37,523 nt of DNA, taken from a virus. Location of the stretch: positions 1 to 37,523 of the IMG/VR virus record IMGVR_UViG_3300006000_000001. The stretch is one strand, 5' to 3'. The notes under the pieces are model-generated. The model was not told the origin of the DNA. It made no database searches and saw only the letters and a program-made list of their open reading frames with translations. Positions 13,376 to 22,540 of the stretch are shown here, piece by piece (the first letter of the stretch is position 1; each line of letters starts with the position of its first letter). The position numbers were made by a program, and so were the translations under genes.

Positions 13376-14535
13376 TTCGGCAAATCTCCTATCAAATAGT
13401 TCTCATACGTCGTTTTTGTTTTGAATGTGTACTCGATCAATATCTGTCTCTTATCGCTATCGCCGCTTTTCCCGTGCTTGAATGTATGAGACGGCCTCAA
13501 AATACCCAGGCTGTTCAGCCCCGGACTGGTTATTAAACAATAACCCATCGCCGTTACGGTGTATGCGGCTTTACCTGTCCACGCTGTTCCTGATCCGGTG
13601 GCTGTAATAGCAACATCGTATTCCGGGCCAGGCATGGCTACTACAGGGACAACCGTCGTGGTACCCCACGGGGTAAGAATCAAATTGACGTTTTCACCGA
13701 TCTTTGGTGATCCCATGTTTACGATACGGCGGCTATCTCCGCTCCCAGTAAATCCCTGAATAATATTCAGGTTATCCGGTGTCACAAAACAGAGTCCGGG
13801 CTTGCCACCCTGAGCCCATATCTTTTGTGCACCGGCTTTGAACCGTGCTTCCGTGAATGCTTCCGTCGTGATAGATGGTGCGTCCAATGCCTTAGCTGCA
13901 GTTTCGGCCGCCGCCTGAGTGGTCGCGCTTGATGTAGTAGCATTCGCAATGGTTTGGAAAACAAACGACTTCTTCCCGGTCCCAAAATCGCTGGATGCCT
14001 TTGTCGTGGCACCACTACTCTTAAGCGAAACATTATCCGAATGCACCCAGTTTGGCACCCCACCTGATTCACGGGTTGTCCCGTTATCCTCGGTCCCAGC
14101 TGCGGCAGTGGACAAGTTTTTACCACTCCGCTTAGGCCGGAAACGCAGCACATCATATTCAACGTCTCGCATCAACTCGACACCGGCCTTTACGGTTTCC
14201 CTGGCAACCACCTTAGATTTTTCGGCACCGACCATGCCGATAGCCGCCGCAGTGCCACTGATTTTGAAAGTATCCGTCGATATCTGCGTGTAATTGTAAT
14301 AATGTTCCGGACTCTTGCGTTCCGTCGCTACCCCTTCCGCACCTTCATCAACGGCGTTATGTTTCCTTTCCCGATAGCGATCCCCCGTCCATTCCTCTTT
14401 GCGGTTCTCTATTTTAGGTCGCCCTAAATGCGCAAGGAAAGGTGTATCTTCCTGACCTAGACGATCCAGGACAGATTGCAAAGTTTGACGAATACCTTTC
14501 GCATATGTCTTCGTGGTGGTAACAACATCGGCCAT
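13372..14535 (-). CDS. major capsid protein (HK97-fold, P22/SU10-like coat family suspected)
   Basis: The ORF is 387 aa from ATG 14535, with AGGAGG 6 nt upstream (track start 14568). The N-terminal LDRLGQEDTPFLAHLG...EEWTGD resembles the coat-family signature as I recall it. It lies directly after the scaffold gene. Confidence 0.7.
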   Translation of the reverse strand: MADVVTTTKTYAKGIRQTLQSVLDRLGQEDTPFLAHLGRPKIENRKEEWTGDRYRERKHNAVDEGAEGVATERKSPEHYYNYTQISTDTFKISGTAAAIGMVGAEKSKVVARETVKAGVELMRDVEYDVLRFRPKRSGKNLSTAAAGTEDNGTTRESGGVPNWVHSDNVSLKSSGATTKASSDFGTGKKSFVFQTIANATTSSATTQAAAETAAKALDAPSITTEAFTEARFKAGAQKIWAQGGKPGLCFVTPDNLNIIQGFTGSGDSRRIVNMGSPKIGENVNLILTPWGTTTVVPVVAMPGPEYDVAITATGSGTAWTGKAAYTVTAMGYCLITSPGLNSLGILRPSHTFKHGKSGDSDKRQILIEYTFKTKTTYENYLIGDLPK

Positions 14536-14545
14536 AATTCGCCTC

Positions 14546-15490
14546 CTAGAGGTCTTCGTATTCTTCAAGGATTACTTGCGTGGCAAGGTCCAATCCACCT
14601 TCCTTCCTGAATCTGTCAATAGATTTACCTTTATGTCCTTTCGGTTGATTCGCGCTGGTTCGTACCGCTTTTGTCTTGGCCCGGTGTTGAGCGGAGCCAA
14701 CACCGGAGGCTATCTTGCGATACCGAGTGGCGTCATACACGATGCGCGCTAAACGGTGATCATTAATACCTTCCAGCTCCGAAGCTGGCAACCCATAGGC
14801 TACGAGGGTATCCTTCATGTCTCTTCTTAGCGCAGGCTCCTTCGCAGGATCGGCAAACTCAGGGATCGCCGCAAACAAAGCCGCTCTTTCACGTGCCCGC
14901 TTTTCTTGAGCCTCGGCATAATTCTGCTGATATTGCTGCTCCTGTAATGCCTTGTATCTCTCTAGCTGATCCTCGTATTCTTCCCTGGCTTTGTGATAAG
15001 ACGCCATCTTTGCGTTTTCGGCTACCGGGTCTTTCTCCCATTCCTCCCGACTAAAATAGTCATCTATTTTCGGCTTGGTGAGACCTATTCCTTTTTCAGC
15101 ATTTTCATAGATCGCATTGAGCTTATCTAGCTTGGTCTGATAAGATGTATATTCAGCCGCCATCTGACTGGCATAGTCGGATAGATTTTTCTGCTTGGTT
15201 TGGATTTCCCCATGCTGCCGTTCCAAATCCCGGCTACGGGAGAACGCTCCCTTGAGATCATCCAGGGATGCCTCGATCGTTTCATCGCCCACCCGGACTT
15301 GGTAAGTTTCATTGATCGGTGCGTCCGACTCATTCTCGAACCCTTCATACTCGCCAGCATCACTAGGTGCCGTGTCGGCCACTTGACCTTCTCCTTCATC
15401 GGGAGTGGCGACAATATCACCGACTTGATCATCGCTCAGATCGGATACGACAGAATCAAATTCTGCTGGCATTCCACTTTCAGTAGCCAT
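14546..15490 (-). CDS. scaffolding protein (314 aa)
   Basis: The N-terminus is very acidic and is followed by long helical Q/E/K/A-rich segments (EQQYQQNYAEAQEKRARERAALF). It sits between the portal and capsid genes. Confidence 0.6.
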   Translation of the reverse strand: MATESGMPAEFDSVVSDLSDDQVGDIVATPDEGEGQVADTAPSDAGEYEGFENESDAPINETYQVRVGDETIEASLDDLKGAFSRSRDLERQHGEIQTKQKNLSDYASQMAAEYTSYQTKLDKLNAIYENAEKGIGLTKPKIDDYFSREEWEKDPVAENAKMASYHKAREEYEDQLERYKALQEQQYQQNYAEAQEKRARERAALFAAIPEFADPAKEPALRRDMKDTLVAYGLPASELEGINDHRLARIVYDATRYRKIASGVGSAQHRAKTKAVRTSANQPKGHKGKSIDRFRKEGGLDLATQVILEEYEDL

Positions 15491-15493
15491 GAA

Positions 15494-15970
15494 TTATCCC
15501 TCCAGGGCACCCTTGCGCTTGATGAAAGATAAATACGTCCCCCGGCTAGTCTTGATGATAAAGCCGTACATGAAGTTATTTTGGATCACATGAGTCGATC
15601 TTTTCCCGCCCACCAAAACATACTTCTTCTTGATTTCACTTCTCACGATGTTAACCAGCTCCCCGATGCGATCGGATAAGTACGGGGATGCATTGCCAGC
15701 GACCTTGATCACGATGTTGACATCCGGTCGTGCTCCTTTGCCAAAGGCAACAGCATTTTGATCTTTCCCGCTCGGTTTCAGGCTCGGCCTATCTACACGA
15801 TATTCCTGTATAAGAATGTCCGGCATTTCGCCATTCCGAATCCCCACGCATTCCGGGCACTGCCCAGATGCGATACGATCCGAAATCATCTTACAGAGAC
15901 CGAAAATATGATCTTCGGATTGCTGGGAAATATACCCCTGACGCAGAAATCTACTCTGTACATTTTTCAT
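15494..15970 (-). CDS. hypothetical protein between portal and scaffold (158 aa)
   Basis: There is an ATGA overlap with the portal stop. It contains a CPEC motif. No family recognised. Confidence 0.7.
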   Translation of the reverse strand: MKNVQSRFLRQGYISQQSEDHIFGLCKMISDRIASGQCPECVGIRNGEMPDILIQEYRVDRPSLKPSGKDQNAVAFGKGARPDVNIVIKVAGNASPYLSDRIGELVNIVRSEIKKKYVLVGGKRSTHVIQNNFMYGFIIKTSRGTYLSFIKRKGALEG

Positions 15971-18297
15971 TGCAATGATTCCCTCGGTCGTTCCAGGTAA
16001 TCGAGCACTTTTTGGTGGTCGATTTGATCCGTGCCGTGCTCTAATCCGAGCTTTATCATGTCGATAAGCATTCTCCCTTCCGCTTCGTCGCGTTTGCGGT
16101 CATCCTCCATCCGCATCTTAGCCATATCCAATTGTGCCTTCATCTGCGCCTTACCGGCCTCGGTCTGCGCTTTGATCTGCTCACCCTGTAGGTAGGCCGC
16201 ACCTTGCCCCCCGTCGCCCCCCTGGGCCTGTTGGGCCTGCTGTGATTGCTGTTTCGCCTGGGTCATCTGCGCCTCTTCCTGATCGGATAAAGCGGTGAAA
16301 TAACGGCCAGGATTAAATACCCCACTAGCCGATAGCAAGTCCGCCACACCGTTATGGATTTGTTTCGATGTAACCCGCATCATATCAGGCCGATCTTTCA
16401 TGGATTTCTGCATCCCTACCAGAGACAGTAGCATCTCCTTTTGCCCATGCTTGGAGCCTTTGCCAATACCTACATTGGGCCGCAGCTCGGCATCTTGATT
16501 CCAGGACCTGGGATCGACTTCGCCGATGCCGGTATCAACGCTAAACAATTTCACCGGGCCTTCATGATTTTCTATCGTTAGGTCATAGACCAGTTTCAGT
16601 GCGGGGACTAATCCACTCGAGACCAAATTTCTAGCCATGATTTCAAGCGGCCCCATGCCACGGTCCACGGCTGTGTCCATTGCGGATGCCGTAACATTCC
16701 GTAGCCCGGAAGGATTCATCCCGCTCCCTGCCGAATTTAAACCGATACGGTCTTCGGTCTGTCGCAGAATCCGGTCGATCGCATCCAGCGCGTGGGTGGC
16801 GATTACCGGCGTCCAAATAGGACGCACGGCGTCCTGCCTTGTAACTCGCACCATGCCACCGATTTTCTCATTGCGCAGATCGGGCATATAGCAATCGTTT
16901 TCCATAACGCTCAATTTAGGTGCATTGGTGTGGCCTATGCTATTGACATATTCGCGTTTGAGGGAGGACATAAAATCCTGATCGCCGATCAATCCCTTAG
17001 CTAAAGACCGGCCCTCAAATTTTCCGTTAATGGGAATGAGCCTGAAAATCGCATAGGGATGGTTCGATACCGGCTCCGACAAAAGTAGTTTCTTGTTGCT
17101 TCTACCGAGCAGGAACCGATGCAAATCAGCCCGCCCCGTTCCATCCTTGTCCATACGCATAAAGGCTTCGGTCAATTCAATAAGGACCATCGACCTGTCT
17201 TCATCAGACTCGTTCCTTTCACTGTCATCATAATTCAGATTAGACGTTGTAAACTGCATTCTGTCCTTTCCCTGTTCCTTCGAGGATTCGATCAATTCAT
17301 TCACGTCCTCGTGGGAAAATCCCTGAGCCAGAAGATCACCGGCACGCAAAAAAACTTTCGAGCCTACGATATAGCTGTCTTTCAGGCTACGTGCTGAACC
17401 ATCCACAAAGAAGCCGGATGCTTGATCCAGCAACTCCCATCGAACTACACCAGCGGGCCTCTCCGTCCGAATGGTAATATTATAGTTGCGGACGACCATA
17501 GGGGGCGGAGGCTCGACAGGGATACCAGCCATCGGCGCACTAGGAGCCACCCCTAACGGCCCTTGCGGGGCGACAGGGGGCATTCCCATATCGGCCCCAG
17601 GCTGTTGCTCCATCCCATCAACAGGCGTCCCCTGCGGAGGTGCTGGCAGCCCTGGAGTACCACCAGGCGTGGCTATTCCTTCCCCGACCGCAGGGGACAA
17701 AGCAGCGGATTCACCAGGTATCGGACCTTGCGGGAATCCAGGTGCGGATTCTGGAACAGGAACCTCGATTATTGAAGGCTCCAATTCTTCGGATTCGATC
17801 AATTCAGTACCTTCCTCTCCGAGCAGGAAGGCGAGATGAAACTCGTCAATATTCTTGTATTTCCGGTACTTAACTACTGGGCTATCGTTCCAATCCACTT
17901 TGACCGGGGCAAAACCACACAGCGCGGAATGTACGCCACAATCCTTGAGTAATTCATATCCGTGTCTCTCAAACTGGTCATGAATATATCTGGTGGCTTC
18001 TTCAGATTGGTTGACTTCCTTATCGTTATTCGGAATAAAAAGGGCTACTTTATCTTCCGCCGCGATCTGCCTGATAACTTCCGTAACGACGCCCTCAACA
18101 AATTCCTCAACGAGCTTATAGACGGCCTCCGACCTGCCCTCCTTGAACTTTACGTCGCACTCGCCATCATAGTACCTGTGGGCTTTTTCCCAATCCGAAT
18201 CATAAGACTCCATATGATGTTGCGCGTCCTCCACAGCGGAGGACACAATGGAGATAATCGTATCCTCGGATAGAGGTTCCTGGAATTTCTTAGCCAT
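15967..18297 (-). CDS. portal protein (776 aa) with an internal Pro/Gly-rich low-complexity insertion
   Basis: The N-terminal pattern AHRYYDGE...GRSEAVYKLVEEFVEGVVTEVIRQI...VALFIP...EEATRYIHDQF is typical of podovirus and P22-type portals as I recall them. The size and position fit. The C-terminus is Q/G-rich and charged. Confidence 0.75.
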   Translation of the reverse strand: MAKKFQEPLSEDTIISIVSSAVEDAQHHMESYDSDWEKAHRYYDGECDVKFKEGRSEAVYKLVEEFVEGVVTEVIRQIAAEDKVALFIPNNDKEVNQSEEATRYIHDQFERHGYELLKDCGVHSALCGFAPVKVDWNDSPVVKYRKYKNIDEFHLAFLLGEEGTELIESEELEPSIIEVPVPESAPGFPQGPIPGESAALSPAVGEGIATPGGTPGLPAPPQGTPVDGMEQQPGADMGMPPVAPQGPLGVAPSAPMAGIPVEPPPPMVVRNYNITIRTERPAGVVRWELLDQASGFFVDGSARSLKDSYIVGSKVFLRAGDLLAQGFSHEDVNELIESSKEQGKDRMQFTTSNLNYDDSERNESDEDRSMVLIELTEAFMRMDKDGTGRADLHRFLLGRSNKKLLLSEPVSNHPYAIFRLIPINGKFEGRSLAKGLIGDQDFMSSLKREYVNSIGHTNAPKLSVMENDCYMPDLRNEKIGGMVRVTRQDAVRPIWTPVIATHALDAIDRILRQTEDRIGLNSAGSGMNPSGLRNVTASAMDTAVDRGMGPLEIMARNLVSSGLVPALKLVYDLTIENHEGPVKLFSVDTGIGEVDPRSWNQDAELRPNVGIGKGSKHGQKEMLLSLVGMQKSMKDRPDMMRVTSKQIHNGVADLLSASGVFNPGRYFTALSDQEEAQMTQAKQQSQQAQQAQGGDGGQGAAYLQGEQIKAQTEAGKAQMKAQLDMAKMRMEDDRKRDEAEGRMLIDMIKLGLEHGTDQIDHQKVLDYLERPRESLQ

Positions 18298-19010
18298 TAG
18301 CCCACGGGAAGTATTGTGATCAGAGAATACGTCTCTACTTGACTAACCTTAGTCGCGGCACCCCACCTAGCATCAACCGCTTCTTGGCTAGTCAATGTGG
18401 AATCTAATCCCGCAGCGTGGGATTGAAGCCGTATGACATCCCCATCAGGGACCTCTATAATTGTTGAAAAAGGTATTAAAATAGTGTAGTTGGATGTGCC
18501 GGCACTATTTTTAACGACCATCGGAGTACTGATGGAACCATACGTGGTCTGGGTCCCTTTCAGCCTTGCGCGAACGATAAAATCCTTCTTGGAAGGAAAG
18601 AACGTAGTATGCCCTGATATTAAGTATTCCCCATCAGGGACGCTTATTCGCCCCGCTCCACCTTGAGATGATATATTAATGTCTGGACTAAGACTCGTGG
18701 ATCGAACAGTTGTAACCGGTCTATCAATCCATTCATCCAGCGTGAATCCTGTTACAGTTCCAGAGGAACTTTTAATAAGGCCAACATCCAAAGGTTCAGC
18801 CCCGTTGGCAGTTTCATAAAACACAGTGGCTTTCTTTATTAAACCAGAGTCATTTCGGACTTGATCTATTCCACGAATGCTATGATCTATTCCACGGATG
18901 CTATGCGCTATTTTCGGTATAGAATTAATCTCATCCGCCCCAGCCGTCACCGGCTCATCATCAATGGTCCACTCTCCCTTGTTAAATCTAGGATGGCAGG
19001 AACGAGACAT
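18297..19010 (-). CDS. tail fibre-like protein 2 (237 aa), short paralogue of the 26526..27533 product
   Basis: GEWTIDDEPVTAGADEIN aligns with GEWKVGDTAITASGAEIN, and TGFTLDEWIDR...GEYLISGHTTF...RWGAA aligns with TGFKVDEWIER...GTYLLTGHSTF...RWGKA. The start overlaps the upstream stop as TAATG. Confidence 0.6.
   Translation of the reverse strand: MSRSCHPRFNKGEWTIDDEPVTAGADEINSIPKIAHSIRGIDHSIRGIDQVRNDSGLIKKATVFYETANGAEPLDVGLIKSSSGTVTGFTLDEWIDRPVTTVRSTSLSPDINISSQGGAGRISVPDGEYLISGHTTFFPSKKDFIVRARLKGTQTTYGSISTPMVVKNSAGTSNYTILIPFSTIIEVPDGDVIRLQSHAAGLDSTLTSQEAVDARWGAATKVSQVETYSLITILPVG
18863..18904. repeat. 21-bp tandem duplication inside fibre gene 2 (encodes HSIRGID x2)
   Basis: gatctattccacgaatgctat and gatctattccacggatgctat are adjacent and differ at one base. 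Confidence 0.85.
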
Positions 19011-19162
19011 TAGCTTTCACTCCGATAATATTCATCGAATCCTTTAGAGGTTTCAATACGGCCCTTCTTCCTTTTCCTCTTGCGAGGCTTGATCTTCTTA
19101 GGATAAGGGTTCTCATCACGCCCTCGATCCTTTTTAGGGAAAGGTTCGTCTACACTATTCAT
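19010..19162 (-). CDS. 50-aa highly basic micro-protein in the virion module (below the ORF-track cutoff)
   Basis: Product: MNSVDEPFPKKDRGRDENPYPKKIKPRKRKRKKGRIETSKGFDEYYRSES. The stop overlaps the next start as TAATG, and the ORF fills an otherwise empty 179-nt gap. Confidence 0.45.
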   Translation of the reverse strand: MNSVDEPFPKKDRGRDENPYPKKIKPRKRKRKKGRIETSKGFDEYYRSES

Positions 19163-19189
19163 GTGCATGCTTAGAAATCACTCATTTAG

Positions 19190-21445
19190 TTATTCCCAAA
19201 CGGACTGGTGGAAGCGTTCCCGATACGGGATATTTTTATTTGGCGTCAATCTCTCAGGCCACCAAAACGGCATTTGTTTTGTCCTATACTCATCCCCTCC
19301 AGCAACCACCCCACCGGAATGAGCACCCATTGCAATTTTGCTCGCTGTCCTAGCCTTAGTTGAAATAACACCTTCGACCCAAGCCTTGAAGTCATCTTCC
19401 GGGGATTCCAATAGGTATTTCAGACGGTCCGGGGAAAGAGCGAACATGGCCTTGGCAACGTCCATTCTGTCCTTTTCAGAAACCTTGCCCCCCCTCGCCA
19501 ACGCCCTGTTTGCCCTCTTAGCTAGTATAGGAATGACAACAGAGGGACCCTGCGTTAGAAGATCAATGGTAATCTCTGGGCCTAATTCACTCAAGGATTG
19601 CTGCCGCTGCAATGGCTGCGTAGGGGAACCAGCCCTAGCAGCAAGGTCATCGGATAGTTTCCTCATAGTTGAGGCATTCTCAATGGCTTCCATTAACCCA
19701 TGTTGGTTGGGGAGCATATCGCTTAAAATAGAGCCCTCATCTCGCATCTCGTCAGCAAACCTAGCTACTGTATTCCCTTTTCCAGCCAACATCCTATCCA
19801 TTTGAGTGGCCGCCCCAGCTCGGTATGCTCGTGTCGGATCAATATATTTTTCCTCGGACGGGAGAAATGGTGCCTTCTCTTTTAGTTCGTCTGCCTTATC
19901 TCGCAAGGCACCATATTCATAACTGAAATCCCGTTTGGTTGTAGGAAACTTCGATCCTTTCTTAAATGACTCCTTAGCTAACTCGTGTGCCTCCCAATTC
20001 CGGCGAGCACTAGGCATATCAGGGCTTGCCTCGTCAATCATACCACGAATCTTCTTTGAAGACTCATTAAGGATGGTCCCCAACTCGCCTTCACCATGAT
20101 CCATCAAGTACTCCCCTCTATCACGGAAATACTTCATAATCATCTCGGAATCCCTTAGCGTCGGTTGACGCATTTGTTCAATCACGCCTTCTTTTTTTAA
20201 AAATAATGGCATTTCCCCCTTCGCTCTATATAGTTCCTCTATCTTCCCCTGTAGTTTCGGGGTTCTATCCAAAGCAGACCATATCTCATCTCTCAGCTTA
20301 TCAGGCGCAAGTACTTGATCTGATCCACGAGTTAAAGCCGCTTCATACGTGCCGCCTGCATACTTATTGATAAGTTCCCTTTCCTCATCAAATTTTTTCC
20401 TAATATTACCGTCATGGAAATCAGGGGCAAGACCTTCACGAATCCGGTCTTTCACGCTTTCTACTCGCGTCTTTGCCTCTTTCTTTGCCTCATCCCTAAT
20501 AAATTTTCCAGCCGGGCCTCCTTCATTAGCAAACGCCTTCAACGCAGCATTCACACCTTCATTGGCAGATATAGGAGCACCACCCATCGCCTCATCAATC
20601 AATGTTTCCTCAGATTTCCCCGTCAATTCCGCTATCCTGCGAATCTCCCTTTTAGCCGATTTGCTAACAGAATCCGAAGCCTTAATAAGTTTTCCCCATA
20701 CTGCCTTGGCAACGGGAGACGCCGCCGTTCCAATACCAGACATAGCACCACCAGCAATGGCACCGACCCCTGCACCCTTAATGCCCTCAACAATCCGGTC
20801 AGGTATCTCGTTGGACTCCGTAGACCCAAAACCGGATACCGCGCCAGCAATGGCTGGCAACCCGAAAACGCGCATTAGACTATTTATCATCCCTGCCCCC
20901 TTGGACGCCTTGTTTGCGAATCCAAACGCAGGCACCAAGGACCCACCAACTTCAGTTATTAATTTCGACTTCGGATTCAAGGCCCCGTAAACATCTAATT
21001 TCCTCTTGACTTCATCCCGCACCTTATAGTAATCTTCGTCCCCGAAAGCCTTGCGGAAGGCTGCTTCCATATCTGGGTACATATTGAACGTCAGCCCAGA
21101 TAGGAAAGAGCGTGTGTTCTGGCTTGCCCGATCCCCATATTTATCAAGCTGTTCAGGTGTTAAAGTAGACAAAACATCCGCTACGTTTAAGACATCACCA
21201 GGAAGAGCACCCATCTTCACCTTAGCGTTTATTCGGTCAATAAATTGACCCCACCGTCCATTAAACCCATCAAGTACAGATTTTGCATCCTCTTTGTTGC
21301 CTTCGGACGCTAACTTACTTATATTTTTCCTCGATTTAATATACTCCTCAAAATATTCAAAAACTTCATTAGACAAATCACTACCAAGAAGAGGTAGTAG
21401 TTTATCTAACCTTGCAAATTTCTTTTCCAGCCCTTTATTATCCAT
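19190..21445 (-). CDS. large internal virion / DNA-ejection protein candidate (751 aa)
   Basis: It has Gly-zipper hydrophobic segments (GLPAIAGAVSGFG, GAGVGAIAGGAMSGIGTAA) within a long charged helical protein. It lies in the late operon between the fibre and tail genes. I see no lytic domain. Confidence 0.4.
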   Translation of the reverse strand: MDNKGLEKKFARLDKLLPLLGSDLSNEVFEYFEEYIKSRKNISKLASEGNKEDAKSVLDGFNGRWGQFIDRINAKVKMGALPGDVLNVADVLSTLTPEQLDKYGDRASQNTRSFLSGLTFNMYPDMEAAFRKAFGDEDYYKVRDEVKRKLDVYGALNPKSKLITEVGGSLVPAFGFANKASKGAGMINSLMRVFGLPAIAGAVSGFGSTESNEIPDRIVEGIKGAGVGAIAGGAMSGIGTAASPVAKAVWGKLIKASDSVSKSAKREIRRIAELTGKSEETLIDEAMGGAPISANEGVNAALKAFANEGGPAGKFIRDEAKKEAKTRVESVKDRIREGLAPDFHDGNIRKKFDEERELINKYAGGTYEAALTRGSDQVLAPDKLRDEIWSALDRTPKLQGKIEELYRAKGEMPLFLKKEGVIEQMRQPTLRDSEMIMKYFRDRGEYLMDHGEGELGTILNESSKKIRGMIDEASPDMPSARRNWEAHELAKESFKKGSKFPTTKRDFSYEYGALRDKADELKEKAPFLPSEEKYIDPTRAYRAGAATQMDRMLAGKGNTVARFADEMRDEGSILSDMLPNQHGLMEAIENASTMRKLSDDLAARAGSPTQPLQRQQSLSELGPEITIDLLTQGPSVVIPILAKRANRALARGGKVSEKDRMDVAKAMFALSPDRLKYLLESPEDDFKAWVEGVISTKARTASKIAMGAHSGGVVAGGDEYRTKQMPFWWPERLTPNKNIPYRERFHQSVWE

Positions 21446-21478
21446 AGTTTACTGTAACGGCCTAAAATTTGAAGTCCA

Positions 21479-22540
21479 TTATCGAATCAGATCATCAGAT
21501 AACTTCTGAAACTTAGAAGTTGTCGGTCTTTGTCCTTCAATGGTGTTAACTTCTCTCAGTTCATCAGAAAACACTATAGGTTCTTCTTCCTTATAATGAG
21601 CCAACGTACTAAAGTCTATCGGTTCTGGCATAGATTCATCAAATGGTTCCATAACATCTTGCCAAGGAAGCCTGAACAACTCAGCTTCTTTAAATATGCT
21701 TCTTTGAAAAGAGTGCATATTAGCTAATTGCCGTTCATAGGCCCCACGAGCAATATTATAAAGTTCCTCACGAACCTTTGGTGTCAAAATCTCTTTCCCA
21801 TTTATAACAGCGGAAATATGACGTTTCAAATTATCATCCCAAGATGACGTTCTCTCGAATTTTTCACCCTCGCCCTGCGTAACAACTGAGTTCGCATCAG
21901 ATATCTTTGCAGCATGAGTAATTAAACTCAAGTCCCTAGCAGCAGACGGAGTCTCCTGAACTTCGGCCTCAATAGATTTGAAACGATCCCTTATTTCCGA
22001 GAACTTTTTTGACTCCTTAAAGTATTGCGCCTTCATATTATTCCATTGTTTCTGCTGATCCGTGGTCATACCTGACGGCACAGGTTCTTGGTTCTCGAAA
22101 AGCACCTCACCTGTCTCTGGGTCATAAACCCTCTGCCCTTTAGATAAAGTAACCGGCTTTTTCCGCTGCATCGCATATTGAAAAACTTGACTGGCCAACT
22201 CCGGCTTTTTTTCAATGATATTAGCGTACTCATCCATGCCTTTAGCGCGCAGGAACGCCGCTGTTTGATTAGCGCCTTTCGATTGACGTGCTTGCCGAGC
22301 CAAATTCTGCTGCAACTGCACAAAAGCTGGCGTTGCCCCTGATCCTGGGAGCGACGCCGCGACCAAGGCGGCATTCGATAAAAACTCCGGGTCCGTAAGT
22401 CGGCCACCAAGCCATTTCCCAGCCCCTAGAAGACTGCCGAGAATACCCTGGCCCTGCCCTTGCGGTGCACCTTGCGGTGCACCTTGCGGAGCGGCCTGTG
22501 GCGGCATCTGGGGCTGGTTAGGTCCAAATAATCCGAACAT
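21479..22540 (-). CDS. virion-module protein (353 aa) with N-terminal APQG repeats and a Gly-rich hydrophobic segment
   Basis: It contains PQAAPQGAPQGAPQGQGQGILGSLLGAGKWLGG. It overlaps the upstream stop by 23 nt. No family recognised. Confidence 0.7.
   Translation of the reverse strand: MFGLFGPNQPQMPPQAAPQGAPQGAPQGQGQGILGSLLGAGKWLGGRLTDPEFLSNAALVAASLPGSGATPAFVQLQQNLARQARQSKGANQTAAFLRAKGMDEYANIIEKKPELASQVFQYAMQRKKPVTLSKGQRVYDPETGEVLFENQEPVPSGMTTDQQKQWNNMKAQYFKESKKFSEIRDRFKSIEAEVQETPSAARDLSLITHAAKISDANSVVTQGEGEKFERTSSWDDNLKRHISAVINGKEILTPKVREELYNIARGAYERQLANMHSFQRSIFKEAELFRLPWQDVMEPFDESMPEPIDFSTLAHYKEEEPIVFSDELREVNTIEGQRPTTSKFQKLSDDLIR

Noticed and set aside
17486-21248. Plus-strand ORFs inside late genes (for example 17486..17839, 17563..17775, 19338..19805, 20349..20990, 20414..20878, 21051..21248), and similar antisense ORFs elsewhere (11661..12026, 13919..14293, 23951..24529, 26890..27300)
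   Set aside because: They are antisense or off-frame shadows of long, tightly coupled minus-strand genes. They have low-complexity Pro/Gly/Ser/Arg-rich translations and no promoters or SD sequences.
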